Source: Thermodesulfobacteriota bacterium
GTDB lineage: Bacteria > Desulfobacterota > Anaeroferrophillalia > Anaeroferrophillales > Tharpellaceae
Reading direction: 5' to 3'
Length of the DNA: 62,565 bases
NCBI GenBank assembly: GCA_024762675.1
Contig: JANTGZ010000003.1
Span: 1 to 62,565 of the forward strand
The position numbers were made by a program, and so were the translations under genes. Of this stretch, positions 58,332 to 62,565 are shown piece after piece (the first letter of the stretch is position 1; every line of letters begins with the position of its first letter). The notes under the pieces are model-generated. The model saw only the letters and a list, made by a program, of their open reading frames with translations, ran no database searches and was not told the DNA's origin.

Positions 58332-59345
58332 TTAGATCTCTACCCAGCGTTCAAACTGACTATACTTACGGGACAGGTAATTAAGTAAGCCCTCGCCCTT
58401 GATAACGATCACGACCGTCAAGATCAATGAATAAGAGACAATTCGCAAAGGCCCGAAGGCGCGTAAGGCCTCGGAGAGCGGCACCAAAAGAATCGCCCCG
58501 ACCACGGCGCCAAGCAGACTTCCCCCGCCGCCGACCACGGTCGCAGCAATCGGGATAATCGAAAAATCTAAAGCAAACATAGAGAGCCCGGCCCACATAT
58601 AAGTATGAGCCAGATAAGCCCCGGCAAAACAACCTAAGAAAGAGGCATAAAACAAGGCTTGAGCTTTAACAACCGTTATATTGATGCCCGAAGCTCTAAC
58701 CGATTGGTCGTTATCCTTAATGCCCTTGATCACCAGGCCGATATCTTCAACCGCGAGACGGCGCAGAGCAAAGAGAAAGACCAAAGTGGAGATAATCAAA
58801 AAATACTGTTCGACCCAAGGATTAGCAAAGCCCGAAATATCCATCATCCCGTTGGTGCCACCGAAGAGTTCAAAAGCCTCTATAATTCGGGTCATCATCA
58901 ACGGGTACATTAAGGTGATAATGGCAAAATAGACCCCGCGCAAAGGCAGACAGGGAAGCAAAAAAAATGTACAAAAAGCAGCCCCACCCAAGGCCGCCAC
59001 GGGGATTGAAAGGAATGGAGAAAAGTGCAGATATTTATTCAGCAGGGCTGCCCCATAACCCCCGACCCCGACAAAGAACGAGCCCCCGAGACAGACCAGA
59101 CCGACATAGTTGGCAAGAAAATCAAAGGCCATCGACAAGAGGGCATAGATACAGACAATCAAAAGTACCTTCTGCCAATAGGGGAAAAAATAGAGGATTA
59201 ACGGAGCTAACAGAAAGCCCCCAACCAGTAACGCCCGCGGGGCCATAAGATAAGATATTTCACGCCATGAAGATAAAGCATAAATGCTGTCGGAACGTAC
59301 CTTTATCCCGCGATCAATCCTCTCCTTACGCATTCCTGTTTTCAT
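58332..59345 (-). CDS. Branched-chain-type ABC permease (LivM-like)
   Basis: LRGVYFAIITL, GGTNG, IKDND..V.ASGIN, VVGGGGSLLGAVVG. Confidence 0.9.
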   Translation of the reverse strand: MKTGMRKERIDRGIKVRSDSIYALSSWREISYLMAPRALLVGGFLLAPLILYFFPYWQKVLLIVCIYALLSMAFDFLANYVGLVCLGGSFFVGVGGYGAALLNKYLHFSPFLSIPVAALGGAAFCTFFLLPCLPLRGVYFAIITLMYPLMMTRIIEAFELFGGTNGMMDISGFANPWVEQYFLIISTLVFLFALRRLAVEDIGLVIKGIKDNDQSVRASGINITVVKAQALFYASFLGCFAGAYLAHTYMWAGLSMFALDFSIIPIAATVVGGGGSLLGAVVGAILLVPLSEALRAFGPLRIVSYSLILTVVIVIKGEGLLNYLSRKYSQFERWVEI

Positions 59346-59349
59346 TTTT

Positions 59350-60216
59350 TTAAACTCTCTCTTCAAGCTCTTTATGTTTACCGAAAAAGCCTGACGGCTT
59401 TATAATCAGGGTCGCAATGATAGCGCCTAAGGTAACCACCATCTGAAAATGGGTAGCCAGATAAGTAACCGTAATGACCTGAAGGAACCCGAGAACAAAA
59501 GCAGCCAGAACAGTACCACCCCAACTCCCGATGCCGCCGACCATGCAGACCGCCAGAGCAAAAATCAGGGTATTGTAGCCGGCCTCGACAACAATACTAC
59601 CAAGCGGAAAAATCATCAGGGCGGCCAGACCGGACATGGCCGAACCTAAGGCCATAGCCAATGTGGCGGTCATATCAGAATCGATGCCGAGCATCATCGC
59701 GGCCCGCTCATCCTGAGCAATCCCGCGCAAGGCGAGACCGGTTCTCGTAAACTTGGTAAAAATCCAAACCGCAACCAACATCACCAGACCAACCGTAACC
59801 ACCATCAAACGCTGGTAATCGATCGGCACATCACCAATAAAAAGCATCCCTTCAAAAAGCACCGGTAGGGTGAAAGTGGTTCCTTTGAAACCGAGCCAGC
59901 GAAAGGTTTCAATCATAGCCACACCGATAGCATAAGTGGCAATAATCTCGTTCATGTTCATGCCCCGGATACGCTTCAAAATGACCTGATATATGAGAAC
60001 CCCGACCAGGGCAGCACCGGCTAAAGATAGTAACGCCGCCGGGAGCAAAGGCAAGTTGAGCTTATGCATCATGATCCAGGCGATGAAACCGGTAAAGACA
60101 AAGATAGCGCCATGAGCAAAATTGGGTAAGCGACTGACACCGTAAACCAGGGTGAAACCAAAAGCAATCAGGATCAGCTTAAAGCTGTTGACAGTCCCGT
60201 AAATTAAAATTTCCAC
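59350..60216 (-). CDS. Branched-chain-type ABC permease (LivH-like)
   Basis: GFTLVYGV....NFAHG, TRTGLALRGIAQD..AA..LGI, KPSGFFG. Confidence 0.9.
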   Translation of the reverse strand: MEILIYGTVNSFKLILIAFGFTLVYGVSRLPNFAHGAIFVFTGFIAWIMMHKLNLPLLPAALLSLAGAALVGVLIYQVILKRIRGMNMNEIIATYAIGVAMIETFRWLGFKGTTFTLPVLFEGMLFIGDVPIDYQRLMVVTVGLVMLVAVWIFTKFTRTGLALRGIAQDERAAMMLGIDSDMTATLAMALGSAMSGLAALMIFPLGSIVVEAGYNTLIFALAVCMVGGIGSWGGTVLAAFVLGFLQVITVTYLATHFQMVVTLGAIIATLIIKPSGFFGKHKELEERV

Positions 60217-60330
60217 CAGTAACCACCATAAAGTTACAATTAATAATAACGAACTTTGCTTCGCCCCCCATATCCAAAGACAGAATTAAATTCTGTCCCA
60301 GCATCGAGGGCGGAACTAGGTTTAGTATTC

Positions 60331-60405
60331 ACCACAGAGAGCACCAGAGTTCACAGAGAAAAGCCTTCCGGCCCTGACCTCTGTGATCTATGTGTACTCT
60401 GTGGT
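60331..60405. repeat. REP-like palindrome built from CACAGAG units
   Basis: ACCACAGAG / CTCTGTGGT ends, 3+3 degenerate units. Confidence 0.75.
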
Positions 60406-60428
60406 TTAAAAACTCTGGTCAAACCAAA

Positions 60429-61028
60429 TTATACTGGCTCATAGTCTGTGCCATAACTATCAGCGTAGATCACCGGAGCCCGGCGGCGGCTGGCCGGCAC
60501 TCCACCAACTGCTTTGCCGACGTAGAGAAGGCCTATAATTTCTAAATTTTCGGGCACTGCAATAATCGGCCGCACGTCATCAGGATTGAAGAAGGTAAAC
60601 CAAAGGGTACCAAAACCCAACGCCGTTGCCGCCAGCATCATGTTCTGAAGACAGGCCGAACCGGCCTGAATGCTGCCAACGGGTTGATTAAAATAATCCC
60701 CGAGACCACCTTTGCTCGGATCAACCAAAACCGCAATGACAAGCGGGGCTTCCTCCATAAAATCGATACTGAAACCACCAACCCAACCAGGACCACCTTT
60801 GTCAAGTACCGTCTGCTTGGCCTTTTCGCCGGCCTGTCGCAACTTTTTCTTGGTATCATCTGTGGTAATGATAACAAATGACCAAGGCTGCTGGTTGAGT
60901 GGATTAGGCGCCTGTTGGCCAGCCTTTATTATCATTTTTATCTCTTCCGGCTTAAGGGGTAGTTCCGGTTGAAAAGATCGACAACTCTTACGCGCCTCAA
61001 GCAGGGAAAAAAGATCTGCAAAATCCAT
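60429..61028 (-). CDS. Nitroreductase-family protein
   Basis: RKSCRSF, APNPLNQQPWSFVII, QNMMLAATALGFGT.W. Confidence 0.9.
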   Translation of the reverse strand: MDFADLFSLLEARKSCRSFQPELPLKPEEIKMIIKAGQQAPNPLNQQPWSFVIITTDDTKKKLRQAGEKAKQTVLDKGGPGWVGGFSIDFMEEAPLVIAVLVDPSKGGLGDYFNQPVGSIQAGSACLQNMMLAATALGFGTLWFTFFNPDDVRPIIAVPENLEIIGLLYVGKAVGGVPASRRRAPVIYADSYGTDYEPV

Positions 61029-61043
61029 AACCTTTAACCCCCT

Positions 61044-62315
61044 TTATTTCATCCAGGGCGGCAGGATGATGTCCCCGGTGGCCCCGGCTTTGGGAAAAAA
61101 TTGCACACGTTTGCCATCCTGCCACTGAAACATACAACCGGTAGCTCCTTTTTCCGGATCGTCGGATGGAATAATCTGGTGGTTCTTGGCGAATTTCATG
61201 CGCCCGTAAACCCCCATCAAATCCTGAGCTTCGAGAGCCTTGATAACCGCATCAGAGTCAAGGCTGCCGGCTGCTTCGATGGCCTCTTTAAGTTGGTAGA
61301 CTGCCATATAACTGGATGATGTGCCATAGCCTTCCGGCTCCAGGCCCCATTTTTTCTTATAGGCGTCGACAAACTTCATCGTCCATGGAGTCATGGTTGA
61401 CGGTACATTACCACCATTTACAGCATCAACAATCGTAAATTCACAGTTACCCTTAGTGGCATCCCAGAAATTAGGTTGTTCGGCTGCCGACATAAAACCC
61501 ATCGGCACACACTTCATCTTCATATTCTTCCACTGTTTAAGCAAAATTGCCGATTCCGGCATATCCATCCAGATAAAAAGAACTTCAGCTTTAAGGCGAC
61601 GGGCTTTCAAAAGACCCATGGAGAAATCGGTGGCCCCGGTGGGATAAATCTCCTCGCCAAGAACTTCCCATTTGCCGGTACCCTTGAGCAATTTTGCAAT
61701 GAAGCCACCAGCTTTGCGAGCATGGGCGACATCTTGAACCATAATAAAAGCTTTTTTAAGTCCGTGCTCACTGTTTAATTGATTAAAAACCTTGATCATA
61801 TCTTTACCAATCGTGATAATCTCGGAAGAGTTGCGAAAACAGTACTTAAATTTATCGTAATCAGCGGCAATCCTCTTATGGTAACCAGGGCTTAAAACCC
61901 CGGTCGTAACGATTGAGACTTTTTTATGCTTATTTAGAAGATCCATAACCGCCATCGCAGCTTCCGAACGAACCGGTCCGCCGACAATAAAATCAGCCTT
62001 TTTTTCAAGAATAAGTTTTTCAACTCCGAGCAGGGCCTCACTGACCGGAACCCCGGGTTCAAGCGACCTGGTATCAATCACCTCAACTTTAAAAGGATGA
62101 CTGGCCCCTTTAAAAGTAACCCCACCAGCCTGATTAATCTCTTCAACCGCCAACTTGATGCCTCTTTCCGCATCCCAACCATAGAGAAAAGCGGTTGACA
62201 ACGGAGCTCCTAAAACGATTGGTTTTCCGGTAGCGCTGGCCCCAGCTACACTTGCAGTACAGACAACAAACAAAGCGACCATTAACCAGATAAAGCTCTT
62301 ACAAACTCTCATCAC
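61044..62315 (-). CDS. Branched-chain-type ABC substrate-binding protein (LivK-like)
   Basis: Signal peptide, LAVEEINQAGGV, YCFR, G.YG...F; head of the liv-like operon. Confidence 0.9.
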   Translation of the reverse strand: MMRVCKSFIWLMVALFVVCTASVAGASATGKPIVLGAPLSTAFLYGWDAERGIKLAVEEINQAGGVTFKGASHPFKVEVIDTRSLEPGVPVSEALLGVEKLILEKKADFIVGGPVRSEAAMAVMDLLNKHKKVSIVTTGVLSPGYHKRIAADYDKFKYCFRNSSEIITIGKDMIKVFNQLNSEHGLKKAFIMVQDVAHARKAGGFIAKLLKGTGKWEVLGEEIYPTGATDFSMGLLKARRLKAEVLFIWMDMPESAILLKQWKNMKMKCVPMGFMSAAEQPNFWDATKGNCEFTIVDAVNGGNVPSTMTPWTMKFVDAYKKKWGLEPEGYGTSSSYMAVYQLKEAIEAAGSLDSDAVIKALEAQDLMGVYGRMKFAKNHQIIPSDDPEKGATGCMFQWQDGKRVQFFPKAGATGDIILPPWMK

Positions 62316-62377
62316 AACACCTCCGCCATAAGTTATGCATTATCCTGCCTTCATGAAAATAAATCTCGAACTGAAAG

Positions 62378-62393
62378 AGCAAACAATATGCCA
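62378..62393 (-). promoter_or_regulatory. Sigma54 -24/-12 promoter of the liv-like / CoA-ligase operon
   Basis: Minus strand TGGCAT-ATTGT-TTGCT, about 63 bp upstream of the start. Confidence 0.7.
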
Positions 62394-62565
62394 TAAAATG
62401 ATATTTTATAAAATCTACACGATAAGAAAATCACGGCCACATAACTCACACATATACCATACGATGAATACAATATCACTATTCATAAAAACGTTTTATC
62501 TAAAAATGAATGAGAGGGGATAAAAACGGATAACAACTGTATAATAACTTTCCCAGGTGGAAAGT

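Noticed and set aside
56558-60405. CRISPR array, tRNA or riboswitch interpretation of the intergenic repeats
   Set aside because: No repeat-spacer periodicity, no cas genes, no cloverleaf and no recognisable aptamer consensus.

Overview
A 62.6-kb bacterial chromosomal segment. The gene families, sigma54 promoters and repeat types suggest an anaerobic deltaproteobacterium (Desulfobacterota-like); this is inference. Six blocks in order: (1) a MITE and a TolC-MFP-RND efflux operon; (2) an envelope/lipid A modification island of about 24 kb with arnBCAD, three intact ArnT/GT83-family genes plus one pseudogene, an LTA-synthase-family sulfatase, DedA, an SMR flippase, a lone lptF, PepSY, two FG-GAP proteins, an OmpR-type two-component system and dgkA; (3) an ion/osmotic block (TrkA/TrkH, MscK-like channel, SLC12-like cation-chloride cotransporter) followed by an LPS kinase and an ICMT-family methyltransferase; (4) a co-oriented cluster joining a partner-switching module (STAS, RsbW, Cache-HAMP-PP2C, NMT1-type binding protein) to amine-chemistry enzymes (HisC-like PLP enzyme, GNAT-like proteins, flavin amine oxidase) and two MATE exporters, the best candidate for an undescribed system; (5) hipBA, a QueG-like Fe-S protein, EFR1 and a sigma54-driven 53-aa secreted peptide gene; (6) a sigma54-driven Liv-type ABC transporter / acyl-CoA ligase operon. 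Signals outside the ORF track include three distinct 11-bp-period direct-repeat boxes, a PmrA/QseB-like two-component system collapsed to about 460 bp, a probable ATT start codon, TCG-N10-CGA operators and several palindromic repeat elements. No rRNA, tRNA or CRISPR array was seen. All calls come from reading motifs by eye; no database searches were run.
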